From a virus (taxonomy: Duplodnaviria > Caudoviricetes), in IMG/VR virus record IMGVR_UViG_3300007735_000690, positions 1 through 37,225 of that record: a stretch of DNA of 37,225 bases; one strand, given 5' to 3'. Position 1 is the stretch's first letter. Every line of letters begins with the position of its first letter. Below, piece by piece: positions 7,241 through 16,669 of the stretch. The notes under the pieces are model-generated. The model searched no databases. It saw only the letters and a list, made by a program, of their open reading frames with translations, and had not been told where the DNA came from. The translations under genes were made by a program, and so were the position numbers.

Positions 7241-9337
7241 TTACCTTCGATATCCCTCGGTGAGAAGCCCTCCCATTACAGGGAATGGCGCAACTTGGAA
7301 CGGGCCAACTTGAAACGGACCGGCCATGCGTTGCGCAAGCATTCTGCGCTGCCTCTCGCGCTCAAGCGCAGCGGCAGGCGATACAACGCCGCCTTGCGCC
7401 GCAACTTGTGTCGCTTCCACATTGGCGGCAGTTTGCATACGCTGCGAAATGTTTTGCGCCATAGGTCCAACTAGCGGCACATTGCCGCCAACACCGCGCG
7501 TCACAATATTCATGAGCGTTGGCGCTGTGCCTGATCGATTGATAAGTGGCACGCCGCCTGTTGCTGGTTCGCCAAACGCTGCGGTTGATGCTCGACCGAT
7601 ACGCTTTAACTGGTCAACCTCTTCTTTGTTGAAAAGCACTTCAAGTTTCGGTTGAATGCGTTTTAACGCGGCGTTAAATCCTGCCTGGCTAAACGCACCT
7701 GACGTACCAACGGCACTATCAATAAGCCATTGAACTGTTTGCGCCCTAACGTCATCCCATGCCGCCTTGGCCTGATCGAGCACTGCTTGGTCAATCTTTG
7801 CACCGCGTGGCTTAGTAAGCGTATCGCGCAAAGCAATGACGTCTTTGGTTTGCCCGCCAATGATGAATCGTTGAAAAAATTGATCTTGATTGGCTTGACC
7901 GGCAACGATTGGTTTGAATGGTTCAAATTCCCTTGCTCTGGCGGCTGACAGATTGATGCCTTCGCGGAACTTTTGCACCGCTTCATTTGCTTCCAATCCT
8001 TGCGTGGCTTCAGCCAAATAAACATCGAGTTGGCGTTTAATGTCACCCATTGCTTTTGCGGAACCAGGGTTTTCGCCAGCTCGTTGCGTAAGTAACTGAC
8101 GAAACTTGATCGCTTCTTCAATACTAAATGGGCGTCCAGCATCACCGCCAATAGCAAACTGATCAATTCTCTTTTTAACAGGCGCAGGGATAACATCTTC
8201 AAAGTCATCAAGCGTCGCTTGAATGCGTTGGCGGAAATCGCCAAAAGGTATTTGATCTTTTGCGCCTGGCAATCCACGCGCTGCGTTGTAAGCCGCGTCA
8301 ATGTCAGCACCTAACGCACCAAAAATACCGCTACGATCAACGCGCTGACCAATTGCGCCTGTTACGGCTTCACCCGTTGCCAATGGCGTCGGTTGCGCCT
8401 GGCCGCGTATTGCTTCAAGCCGTTCGCGCAACAGACGCGGTTGCTGCGTAAAAATGTCAAGCAATGGCTGGCCTGATTGCTCAATGGCGGCTAAGTTGCG
8501 TTCCATAGCAAATTGCCTTGGATCGCGCGTAACTTGCCCTGCCGTATAGGGCATACCTAGTTTTTCAAAATCTTCACGGCGCATCAACGATGCCGGGTCA
8601 AGATTTCCTGTAGCGCGTAACTGTTGCTTTGCACCTTCAGCCAATCGCGCTTGCGCGGTTGCTGTGAGTTGCGAAATGTCAGCCTGTGGATCGAGCGATT
8701 TGATGTAATTGTTGATCTCAACACGCACTTGTGCCGGCGGCATCGTTACTGCCTGGCGGGCCATGCCGCCAACCACATCTTTTCCGCCTAACGCAAGACG
8801 CGTTGCGCCTTTCACTACTTCAGGCGCCACCACACCGGCAACGGCGCCTGTTGCCGCTTGCGCAAGTTTAGATTCCGGCGTTCCTGCTTCGCTGTACATC
8901 GCTGCGGCTGGCAAGGCGCCTTGAAGTGTCCGCGCCGTTATGCCACCAAGTGTCAACTCGCGGCCACCAGGTATGAGCATGGCCGGCGCAGTTGCCATGA
9001 CATTGCCAACCATACGCGGAATGTCTGCCGCTGGTCCTGCATCGGTACGCATACCGCGCTCGCCATAAATGCTAGGCGGCTGCGCAGTGCCAATTGCGGC
9101 CTCATACAAAGCCAAATCTCTATTGACTTTTTGAGTGTACTTGGCGGCTTCTTCAGGATCAGTTGCCATTAAATACAACTGCTTAATACCCTGCCCAACA
9201 TCAAGAAATCCTCGAATCGTTCGCTCGCCAATGGTTGGTGATGGCGGACGCTCTATGCGCGGCGTTTCAACGGGTATCAAACGCACTTCGCGCTTTTCTT
9301 CATCATCCTCAACGGGTATGAGTCGGGCTTCAGCCAT
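7241..9337 (-). CDS. Putative ejection (DNA-transfer/internal virion) protein
   Basis: Large Ala/Gly/Gln-rich helical protein at the end of the podovirus virion module; called from synteny. Confidence 0.65.
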   Translation of the reverse strand: MAEARLIPVEDDEEKREVRLIPVETPRIERPPSPTIGERTIRGFLDVGQGIKQLYLMATDPEEAAKYTQKVNRDLALYEAAIGTAQPPSIYGERGMRTDAGPAADIPRMVGNVMATAPAMLIPGGRELTLGGITARTLQGALPAAAMYSEAGTPESKLAQAATGAVAGVVAPEVVKGATRLALGGKDVVGGMARQAVTMPPAQVRVEINNYIKSLDPQADISQLTATAQARLAEGAKQQLRATGNLDPASLMRREDFEKLGMPYTAGQVTRDPRQFAMERNLAAIEQSGQPLLDIFTQQPRLLRERLEAIRGQAQPTPLATGEAVTGAIGQRVDRSGIFGALGADIDAAYNAARGLPGAKDQIPFGDFRQRIQATLDDFEDVIPAPVKKRIDQFAIGGDAGRPFSIEEAIKFRQLLTQRAGENPGSAKAMGDIKRQLDVYLAEATQGLEANEAVQKFREGINLSAARAREFEPFKPIVAGQANQDQFFQRFIIGGQTKDVIALRDTLTKPRGAKIDQAVLDQAKAAWDDVRAQTVQWLIDSAVGTSGAFSQAGFNAALKRIQPKLEVLFNKEEVDQLKRIGRASTAAFGEPATGGVPLINRSGTAPTLMNIVTRGVGGNVPLVGPMAQNISQRMQTAANVEATQVAAQGGVVSPAAALERERQRRMLAQRMAGPFQVGPFQVAPFPVMGGLLTEGYRR

Positions 9338-9340
9338 GAT

Positions 9341-10771
9341 TTATTCCTCTACGCGGTAACGCTTGCCGTTAACAGTTACATAGTAATTGTCATCTGTGCC
9401 TTTTGTGGCGGTCATTGATTTGCCTTGCACTGTGACTTGCTTAGAGTACGGCTTTGGCTCATTGATTTGATATAGCGGTGCAAATTGCTGCATACCAGGC
9501 GTTGCAAGGATCGTCTGAGCCGCATTGCGTCCGCGCTTGATTAACTCACGATCAACGCGATCAGAGATATCTAGTGCTTGGCGCAGCGATGCCTCGCCAA
9601 CTGAAATATCGGCGTTCGATACTTTTGTGAGCAACAAGATATCCGAATCAGACAGTACGCCTTTCATCTTCGATGCGTTGTTCAATGTGCGTTGTGCAAG
9701 TTGAGGAATCAATGTGGCGGTATTTGCAATCCTTTGATCGTTTTGATTAAACCCTAACGCTTGAGCTGCCTGGCCTAACTTAAGCCTTCCTTCAGCACCA
9801 AAGCCAGTAATCACGCCCTGATCAAGCAACGCTCTAACGCGGTTGCTATTTTCAATCTGGCTTGCTGATGACTGCCCTTGTTCAACTTGTAATTGAGCTT
9901 GACCGGCGGCACCCTTTGCTATTTCCTTGGCAAAGGTTTCCCCCGTCGAAACACTAATGTTTGTTTGCGGCTTTCCTGCTTGAGCAAGTAGTGTTTTCAT
10001 CCTAAGTACGGCTTGACCAGCAGGAGAATCAAGATAGTTTGGATTAGCCATGATCTCTTGCTCAAAACTCAATTGCTTTTTTTCTTCTGGCTTAAACGGC
10101 GCCTCAGCAATCAATCTTCCTGTTGGACTAACCGCTCTTGCGCCCGGCGAAAGAATGGTTGGTTTTTGGACTTCAGTAATGTTTTGTGCAAGTTCCGTCA
10201 AAGCCTTGGCTTGTGCCGCTCCACCCGGTTCAAGCGCTAATTCTGAAGCCACACTTCGCAACAAATCAGCCCTCATTTGTTGGCGGGTATCTTCAGGTAT
10301 GCGCTGACCAACCATTTGTGCGGCTTGTTCCGTCGGTCCGCCACCACCAGCAAGCGCCATGGCTGGCGTTACTTCGGTTGGCAATCCTTGTAAGCGTTGG
10401 CGTAATCCAGCCATACGTTGCGATAATTGCTGTTGCTCAAGTAACTTACGCTGTTGCTCGTTAAGTTGCATTTGAAACAACTGCCTTTGCAACCCTTGTT
10501 GCTGCACACCTTGCAAGCCTTCAGCCAGTGTGCCGCCACGAGCAACCGTTGAGCCTAATTGCGCAAGCGTTAGCAAGCGCTGTCTGCGCCGCTCTTCCTC
10601 ATCCATCGGCATGGCGGGCAAGCCAGGGTACTGTTGCAAGCGATCAAGTCCAGTGCCAAAGCGATCAAAGATGTTTGGCGCGTAACCCTGTGATGCAGCT
10701 TCAGGCGAATCAGGCAATTGTTGCCCGCTATAACTGCCGCTGCCCGTAAAAAAGTCTAGTAGTGACGCCAT
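9341..10771 (-). CDS. Putative ejection (internal virion) protein
   Basis: Gln-rich helical protein with a GVLSDSDI motif; called from synteny. Confidence 0.65.
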   Translation of the reverse strand: MASLLDFFTGSGSYSGQQLPDSPEAASQGYAPNIFDRFGTGLDRLQQYPGLPAMPMDEEERRRQRLLTLAQLGSTVARGGTLAEGLQGVQQQGLQRQLFQMQLNEQQRKLLEQQQLSQRMAGLRQRLQGLPTEVTPAMALAGGGGPTEQAAQMVGQRIPEDTRQQMRADLLRSVASELALEPGGAAQAKALTELAQNITEVQKPTILSPGARAVSPTGRLIAEAPFKPEEKKQLSFEQEIMANPNYLDSPAGQAVLRMKTLLAQAGKPQTNISVSTGETFAKEIAKGAAGQAQLQVEQGQSSASQIENSNRVRALLDQGVITGFGAEGRLKLGQAAQALGFNQNDQRIANTATLIPQLAQRTLNNASKMKGVLSDSDILLLTKVSNADISVGEASLRQALDISDRVDRELIKRGRNAAQTILATPGMQQFAPLYQINEPKPYSKQVTVQGKSMTATKGTDDNYYVTVNGKRYRVEE

Positions 10772-10773
10772 GC

Positions 10774-11853
10774 TTATCCCCTTGTCCTGCGATCAAGTTC
10801 CTTTACAGCTTCAACTAATAGGCCGGTAATTTGTGGGTAGTTAACCGCCATCATGCCGCTATCATCTTTTGCCACGGCTTGAGGCATAACACGGCGAACG
10901 TCTTGCGCCATTACGCCGCCCGTTCGCTCATCATCGCCCTTGTAGTTGTAGTCATAGCCAGTCAATTTGCCAAGTTGCGACAATGGCGAATCCATGCGAT
11001 CAATGTTTTCTTTCATGCGTTTATCGGACATAAGATAAGCAAGTGACGCCAACGTGCTGACGCCCTGACCAAACTGTTGACCTGGTGATAAACGCTGTGA
11101 TGCAATTTGTTGATTCTCAGCGGGAAACCCGCTCAAGCCTTGCGATCTGATGTTCAGTTGTTGCAACGGGTAGGCTTGTTGGCGCAAGAAATCTTGATAC
11201 GCCAAATCGAGTTGCGCTTGTTGTTGCGCCTGTTCTTGTGCGCCAACGCCAAGCAGTTGTTGCGCTTGTTGTTGGCGGATTGCTTGTTGCTGCGCACCTA
11301 GCCCTGCCAGTTGCGCAGCCTGCGCCTGGCGCGTTGCAACGTCTTGTTGTGCAAGTTGCGCCGCTTGACCAAACCCTTGATAAGCCAAATTGCCAGCCGT
11401 TTGGCCTGCCGCTTGCAAAGCATTAAGATTGGTCATTGCCTCAACAACGCCCTGGCGCGATCCGCCAAAGGCGCGTGCGCGTGTGGCGGCTGCGGCGTTT
11501 TGCAGTTGTTGCTGCGCTCGTTGATTCTCAATATTTTGCAATGCCGTTCCAATGACTTGCTGCTGAAACGGATTGATGTATTGCTGAATGTTGCCGGCAA
11601 TGCTTGTTGGTTGCAGTGCCAACGCCGTTGCGTAATCAACGGTCTGCGTGCCTGGCCCCATAGCCCCGGCAGATGCAAGTTGCTGCAAGCCCAGTTGCGT
11701 TGCCGCCGTGGGTGCGGCTATTCTTGCGCCGCCATAAGGCGTGTATTCCTGGGCGGCTAGTTGCTTAGAAAACTCATAGTTCTCTAGCGCCGCCTGTTTG
11801 AATGCCGGGTCAAGTTCAACACGCGTTGTCTGACCGCCGCCGCTTTTACTCAT
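10774..11853 (-). CDS. Putative ejection/pilot protein with C-terminal peptidase S74 (intramolecular chaperone) domain
   Basis: MSKSGGGQTT start, AFGGSRQGV, Gln/Ala-rich body, then SDKRMKENI...GGVMAQDV...MAVNY. Confidence 0.75.
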   Translation of the reverse strand: MSKSGGGQTTRVELDPAFKQAALENYEFSKQLAAQEYTPYGGARIAAPTAATQLGLQQLASAGAMGPGTQTVDYATALALQPTSIAGNIQQYINPFQQQVIGTALQNIENQRAQQQLQNAAAATRARAFGGSRQGVVEAMTNLNALQAAGQTAGNLAYQGFGQAAQLAQQDVATRQAQAAQLAGLGAQQQAIRQQQAQQLLGVGAQEQAQQQAQLDLAYQDFLRQQAYPLQQLNIRSQGLSGFPAENQQIASQRLSPGQQFGQGVSTLASLAYLMSDKRMKENIDRMDSPLSQLGKLTGYDYNYKGDDERTGGVMAQDVRRVMPQAVAKDDSGMMAVNYPQITGLLVEAVKELDRRTRG

Positions 11854-12229
11854 GATTCAACTCCTTGGACATGACAGTCCATTTCTCTTCATAACCTTCG
11901 TCCGCCAAAAACGTACGCAGCCAACCACGTCTTCCGGCAAGTGTCACACGATTGCATCCGATTGATTGCGCCCATCTCTCAAGGATTGGACGCATACGCG
12001 AGAGCTCTTCTAAGTCCCCGCCAGCAAGAAAATAGTGCATCCCTTTGGCTTGTGGGTAACTCTGAATCTCAGTGATGACAGCGGATTGTTGACCAGGCCA
12101 AAACTGCATTTCATTGGCGTCAACGGCTCGCTTTATGTCCTCAATGGTATGTGTTCCGCCAGTGAAAGACAATGCCGCTTCGATAAATGGCCGGCATCGA
12201 TCCCAATGGCTTAAATCGTGTGCGTTCAC
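11846..12229 (-). CDS. Tail/head assembly protein with GNAT-like fold
   Basis: LAGGDLEEL, GCNRVTLAGRRGW; position between tail hub and ejection genes. Confidence 0.55.
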   Translation of the reverse strand: MNAHDLSHWDRCRPFIEAALSFTGGTHTIEDIKRAVDANEMQFWPGQQSAVITEIQSYPQAKGMHYFLAGGDLEELSRMRPILERWAQSIGCNRVTLAGRRGWLRTFLADEGYEEKWTVMSKELNHE

Positions 12230-13476
12230 TTGTAAGCCAATAAGTTTTCGCCAGCCACTAACGGCAGAGTTCCTGATAGCAATCCTTGCACGTAAGGCAA
12301 TGAGGCACCTTGGTTTAAGGTGGAAAGGATTGAACCTGTGACTTGTGGCGATAAATTAGACTTTTGCGCCTCAGCGCGTAAATCGTTGAATGTTGTACCC
12401 GTGTTGAGCAACCCTTGACCTGTGGCGGCTAACTGCTGCGCCGTTGGCGCTCCTTGAGGCATGGCGTAAAAGGATGCGGGCAATGTCGCTTGATTGGCGG
12501 CAACGCGTGGCGCAAGCAATCCAGCCGTTGGTGTACCACCATAAGATGCCGCATAAAAAGCATCCATGTAATTTTGAATCTGCTGACCCGTTGGGCCTTT
12601 GATGTTTGTGAGCAACCCTTGCTCTGGTCCGTACCCGTATTGCAACTGCGCCTGTGGAACAACGGCTTTGCCATAAGTTTCCGGCGGTAACGCTTGGTTA
12701 GCTTTATAAAAAGCATAATCAGGCGTTGACATGAGGTAAGTTGTCAAGGCATCTGTTGACGTGAACGGCGTTGTGCCTTGCTGATAACCTCTAAAGTTTG
12801 CCAACTCTGTAGCATTTGGCACGCGCCCAAACACGCTTTGAAAAACGGCTGATGCTTGCACGTCATTGATCGGTACGCCAGGTGCAGACGTAGGTGCTGG
12901 CGTCCCTGTGGGGGCTGGCGTTGTAGTTGGTGCTGTGGTTGTAGTTGTTGTCGTCCCGGTCGATGGCTTTCCAAGGACTTGGCTTTGCATTGACAAAAGC
13001 GAATTTACATAAGTTTGGTATTCCGGCGTGTTTCGCAAATAGTTGTAAAACGATGTTTCGCTTGACAGAATGGGATTGTTTGCCGCAATAGCAGCGTTAA
13101 AGTTTGACAACTCGTTTTGACTTGGTTGTCTACCGAAAAGGCCATAAAAAACTTCCGCCGCCTGCGATATAGAAATGGGTTTTGCAGCATCGAGCAATCC
13201 GGTTGATGGGCTTGACGTTGGCGCAGGCGTAGTGGTTGGCGCTGGCGTGGTAGTTGGCGCGGGCGTGGTAGTTGGAGCCGGTGTTGCGACTGGCAATGTC
13301 GCCGCATAGATTTGATAATCTGGTGTGCTTTTTAGGTAATTTTCTAGAGCACTCTGCGAAACAAGCGCAGGATTGTTAGCCGCCAAAGCAAGTTGGAAGT
13401 TAGATACTTCACTAGCATTTGGCGCCCTGCCAAATACGCTTTGGAAAACTTCACTGGCTTGTGCTAGCGTAATCAT
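12226..13476 (-). CDS. Repeat protein: three FGRxP helical repeats separated by Pro/Thr-rich linkers
   Basis: VFQSVFGRAPNASEV / VFYGLFGRQPSQNEL / VFQSVFGRVPNATEL repeats; TTTPAP linkers. Confidence 0.75.
   Translation of the reverse strand: MITLAQASEVFQSVFGRAPNASEVSNFQLALAANNPALVSQSALENYLKSTPDYQIYAATLPVATPAPTTTPAPTTTPAPTTTPAPTSSPSTGLLDAAKPISISQAAEVFYGLFGRQPSQNELSNFNAAIAANNPILSSETSFYNYLRNTPEYQTYVNSLLSMQSQVLGKPSTGTTTTTTTAPTTTPAPTGTPAPTSAPGVPINDVQASAVFQSVFGRVPNATELANFRGYQQGTTPFTSTDALTTYLMSTPDYAFYKANQALPPETYGKAVVPQAQLQYGYGPEQGLLTNIKGPTGQQIQNYMDAFYAASYGGTPTAGLLAPRVAANQATLPASFYAMPQGAPTAQQLAATGQGLLNTGTTFNDLRAEAQKSNLSPQVTGSILSTLNQGASLPYVQGLLSGTLPLVAGENLLAYK
13222..13290. repeat. Degenerate 18-bp tandem repeat encoding (TTTPAP)n
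   Basis: ggcgtagtggttggcgct / ggcgtggtagttggcgcg / ggcgtggtagttggagcc units. Confidence 0.8.
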
Positions 13477-13483
13477 AATTCCC

Positions 13484-13693
13484 TCACATCGTTGTGGCGC
13501 TTAACGCGCCAACATTGGAAACGGTTAGGTAGTAACGCGTTCCATTGGGCGAACGAATGACAAGTTTTTCATCTTGTCCAAGTTCAATGTCAGCGTTCTT
13601 CTTACGGTTCAGCGCGTCAGCCAGCTCAAGCGCACGACGCAGCGTCAACTCGGCCACTTGATCATAATCGGGCGTTGGGCGCGGCAGTTTCAT
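13484..13693 (-). CDS. Small tail-associated protein
   Basis: ATGA-coupled to the tail hub; LVIRSPNGTRYYLTVSNVGALS motif. Confidence 0.65.
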   Translation of the reverse strand: MKLPRPTPDYDQVAELTLRRALELADALNRKKNADIELGQDEKLVIRSPNGTRYYLTVSNVGALSATTM

Positions 13694-15180
13694 CGCCTGC
13701 TACCCGCTTTGGCGTTAAAACGAAAGATGCCTACCCGCCAATCTGTATTGTTGTTGCTCGTTACGCGAACCTTTAATTGCCTGCCTTGTAAACGAATCGA
13801 CGTTGGGTTGGCAAGTGAGTAAGGGCCATACGTTGTTTCGCTACCCGTTGGATAGAGTCGCGTTTTGAACGTAGCCGTTACATCGCCAAGCGTTGACTCA
13901 TCGGGAATCAACTCGTCCGCCACAAGCAAATTGTCACCCATACCAATCTGATAAGGACCGCTTTCGGCGTAAGGTGTGGTCGATCCGGTGTACGTCCAGC
14001 CGGTTTCGTGTTGGTAAATTTTTCCATCGGATGCCGCCATCAACGGAGCGCTAAACACACCCTGTCCCGTTCCAGACGTACGAATGAGCGAACCAATCGT
14101 CCAATGGTTTTCGCGGTAATTCCAAATGACGTAAGAGTCATTTTCGGTATTGGCGGATGATGGATAGAACCACCAGATTTCAGAGAATTTACTATTGTGC
14201 ACCGCAGCAACTTTAGAGATTTGGCCGCGATTGATGCTATTGAACACATAGTCAGATACATCGCTTGGCAATGGTTTGGTGTAACCGTCAAAAATCCAAA
14301 AGCCTGATTGACCCATCCAAGCGGCAAAGGTATCCGCTGCCGCGATGCCGATTGCGCTCACGGCACCGCAACCCGTTCCAACGCGCTCAAATCCATAGAC
14401 GTATGGCGGGCCTTGATACTGTGCAAAGTGAGCATCAACATCGGTAAGGATCAAGACGCCACCGCGCACGCGGCGGGCGCAAATGATGGAACCAGGCGTT
14501 GAAAGCGTAAAGTCACCCGCTTGATTGTTGGCGGCTGGCGTCCAAACCGTATTGTTTTCTTGGTCAGACCATTGCACTTTTCGCGGATCGCCGCCGGCGC
14601 CAAGGGCGAATAGAAAACGCTCTTCAGAGACAATCAATCCCTTGCAACTCGTTGGCGCGTTTGTGATGGCAACGGCTTTGGTTGGCGTTACAAAATCAAG
14701 TTGCCACTCGTACAACTTACCGTCGTAATCCGAGCACGCCACAAGATATTGGCCCCAATTGTCCATCGACCATGTTGTGGCGGGCAAGATACCTGTTGAT
14801 GCAAGGTTTAAGCGTGCTGTACCCCAGGCTTGTTCGCCATAGTCACCGTTACCATAACCCGTTCCGCCCGTTGCGTCGGTGCGCCCTGCGCTGAAACTTG
14901 TTGGCGTAATGTCGGCCTGGTCACCATCACCCTGGTAAACGTAAAGTTTTGATGCTGACCCAACGGCAAGCCAGACATTCGTTGAGTTGTCCCGCCAAGC
15001 AAACATGCCACGAGGAACGCCACTGACGGTTGCGCTTGACCACTGAAGCCAACCACCCATCGGGCGAAGCGTTCCCTCAAACCATCTTACGAGGTTGGCG
15101 TCATACCATCGACCCGCCGCTTGATACTCGGTGCCGTTTCGGTAAACGCCTGGAGGAAGTTTGATAGGGACGAGTGGCAT
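13690..15180 (-). CDS. Tail hub/nozzle (P22 gp10-like DNA stabilization protein)
   Basis: Beta-propeller-like composition; WYDANLVRW, VQWSDQEN, EIWWFYPS; synteny. Confidence 0.75.
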   Translation of the reverse strand: MPLVPIKLPPGVYRNGTEYQAAGRWYDANLVRWFEGTLRPMGGWLQWSSATVSGVPRGMFAWRDNSTNVWLAVGSASKLYVYQGDGDQADITPTSFSAGRTDATGGTGYGNGDYGEQAWGTARLNLASTGILPATTWSMDNWGQYLVACSDYDGKLYEWQLDFVTPTKAVAITNAPTSCKGLIVSEERFLFALGAGGDPRKVQWSDQENNTVWTPAANNQAGDFTLSTPGSIICARRVRGGVLILTDVDAHFAQYQGPPYVYGFERVGTGCGAVSAIGIAAADTFAAWMGQSGFWIFDGYTKPLPSDVSDYVFNSINRGQISKVAAVHNSKFSEIWWFYPSSANTENDSYVIWNYRENHWTIGSLIRTSGTGQGVFSAPLMAASDGKIYQHETGWTYTGSTTPYAESGPYQIGMGDNLLVADELIPDESTLGDVTATFKTRLYPTGSETTYGPYSLANPTSIRLQGRQLKVRVTSNNNTDWRVGIFRFNAKAGSRR

Positions 15181-15181
15181 G

Positions 15182-15658
15182 TCAGTTGCTCATGTAAAGG
15201 GCCATTTCATCGCGGCGGCGTTTGACCAGGCCCGGCAACTCTTTCCCTGCCGCTTTAGTCCACATCTTAAACGCAACTGCTGCGCCCGTATAGTCGCCTC
15301 GATTATGGCGCATCCTTAATGTGCTGCGTTGAAGGTTGCCTAGTCCCACATTGAACGAAAAGCTGACGAGTGCATCAAGGCGAGGCTGAGTAAGACCAGC
15401 AGGACACAATCGTGATACGCCAGCCTCAAAGCGTTGTAAGTCCTTTGCAAGTATGTCGTCAATTTCCGCCATCGATAACGTGCGATCCCAGCCTGGTGGA
15501 ATGGGTAAGGCTTTACGCTCTTCAACTTTGACGTTGATGTGCGATGGGTCAATGACATGGCCCACACCCACGGTCCAAAGCAACGCCGGACAACGATAAG
15601 GCCGCGCACGCACACCTTCGTGATGCTTGATCATTTGGAGGGCAAGCGGACTGATCAT
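15182..15658 (-). CDS. Endolysin, GH24 phage lysozyme
   Basis: HEGVRARPYRCPALLWTVGVGH (E-x8-C-x5-T), DALVSFSFNVG, LPGLVKRRRDE; start at the ATGA overlap. Confidence 0.9.
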   Translation of the reverse strand: MISPLALQMIKHHEGVRARPYRCPALLWTVGVGHVIDPSHINVKVEERKALPIPPGWDRTLSMAEIDDILAKDLQRFEAGVSRLCPAGLTQPRLDALVSFSFNVGLGNLQRSTLRMRHNRGDYTGAAVAFKMWTKAAGKELPGLVKRRRDEMALYMSN

Positions 15659-16137
15659 TTTGCAAAGGCTCGTGACCCAAAGTGAAAGGCCACAATCGCG
15701 GCCCAAATCTGCTGCGTATCGTCATCCCACAATTGGTCAAGCATCAAATCGAATGGCACATTTGTTGTCCATGCGTACCAGAAGCCGCCAATCTCAACGA
15801 ATACCAACAGCATAAACATGCCATAGGTCAACACGGGACGCACTAACGCTCTGGCGTTCTTGACCCACTGGCTTGTTCCTTCGCCAATTGCAATGTCATG
15901 CGCATACAACGCTTTCATCTCTTCGGCTTGCGTTTGCATCGCCACTTGTTCGGTGTGAATCTCTTCAATGCGTTGCTGCGCAAGCAATCCCATGGCGGCT
16001 AACTCACGCTCACGTTCATTTTGCATACGGGCAAGTTCCAGCTCATGCGCCTTGTCCTTGGAATCCTGCCAAAGGTCAAGCAACTTGGGCACGCCCCCGG
16101 CTAAGAATGACAAGAGCGTTGATAAGAGCGTCATCAT
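15655..16137 (-). CDS. Putative holin-like membrane protein
   Basis: N-terminal hydrophobic helix, VRPVLTY transmembrane segment, C-terminal FHFGSR; adjacent to the lysozyme. Confidence 0.65.
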   Translation of the reverse strand: MMTLLSTLLSFLAGGVPKLLDLWQDSKDKAHELELARMQNERERELAAMGLLAQQRIEEIHTEQVAMQTQAEEMKALYAHDIAIGEGTSQWVKNARALVRPVLTYGMFMLLVFVEIGGFWYAWTTNVPFDLMLDQLWDDDTQQIWAAIVAFHFGSRAFAK

Positions 16138-16138
16138 G

Positions 16139-16324
16139 CTAGGCTGACCCTTGGCACTTTTCGTTCAACTCGTTCACCTTTTCCCATAGTGCTGTGATTT
16201 GTTTGTCGTAATTCTTTTCAAGATAGTCAAGGCGCACTTTGATCGTTACCGCATAAGCCGCAATGGCAACCACTGCTGCACCTAAGTACCACAGTTTGCC
16301 GATTGCGTCGGTGATTGCTTCCAT
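16139..16324 (-). CDS. Small membrane protein (lysis module)
   Basis: One transmembrane helix plus coiled coil. Confidence 0.6.
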   Translation of the reverse strand: MEAITDAIGKLWYLGAAVVAIAAYAVTIKVRLDYLEKNYDKQITALWEKVNELNEKCQGSA

Positions 16325-16348
16325 ATTGGCGGATAGCTTGCTGAATGC

Positions 16349-16519
16349 TTATTTCAACTTCAGCGCTAAATTCAAAAGCAAAATGATGATGGTGCCCGCC
16401 GTGGTCATAAGGATCATCTCCAATCTTTTGAGCCTGGCGTTGATCTGTGAATAGCGTTCGTCGCACACTGCTTCGTGAACTTCAATGCGTTTTAAGGCTT
16501 CGGAGTCGGCTGAAGTCAT
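16349..16519 (-). CDS. Small membrane protein, 56 aa (not in the ORF track)
   Basis: MTSADSEALKRIEVHEAVCDERYSQINARLKRLEMILMTTAGTIIILLLNLALKLK; AAGGTG RBS; C-terminal TM helix. Confidence 0.75.
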   Translation of the reverse strand: MTSADSEALKRIEVHEAVCDERYSQINARLKRLEMILMTTAGTIIILLLNLALKLK

Positions 16520-16528
16520 ACATCACCT

Positions 16529-16669
16529 TTATTGCTCGTCTTTCGGAATCTGCGCCTCAGCCTGCTCCTTGATCTTCACAATTAGCGGCCACACGCCTGT
16601 CTTTGCCGGTAGATCACCGAGCACGTTCAAAATAAATTGGATTTCGTTTTGGTCGAGGTTTAAGTTCAT
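16529..16669 (-). CDS. Small protein after the tail fibre, 46 aa (possible fibre chaperone; not in the ORF track)
   Basis: ATGA overlap with the fibre stop, GGAGG RBS; [46 protein letters not shown]. Confidence 0.7.
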   Translation of the reverse strand: MNLNLDQNEIQFILNVLGDLPAKTGVWPLIVKIKEQAEAQIPKDEQ

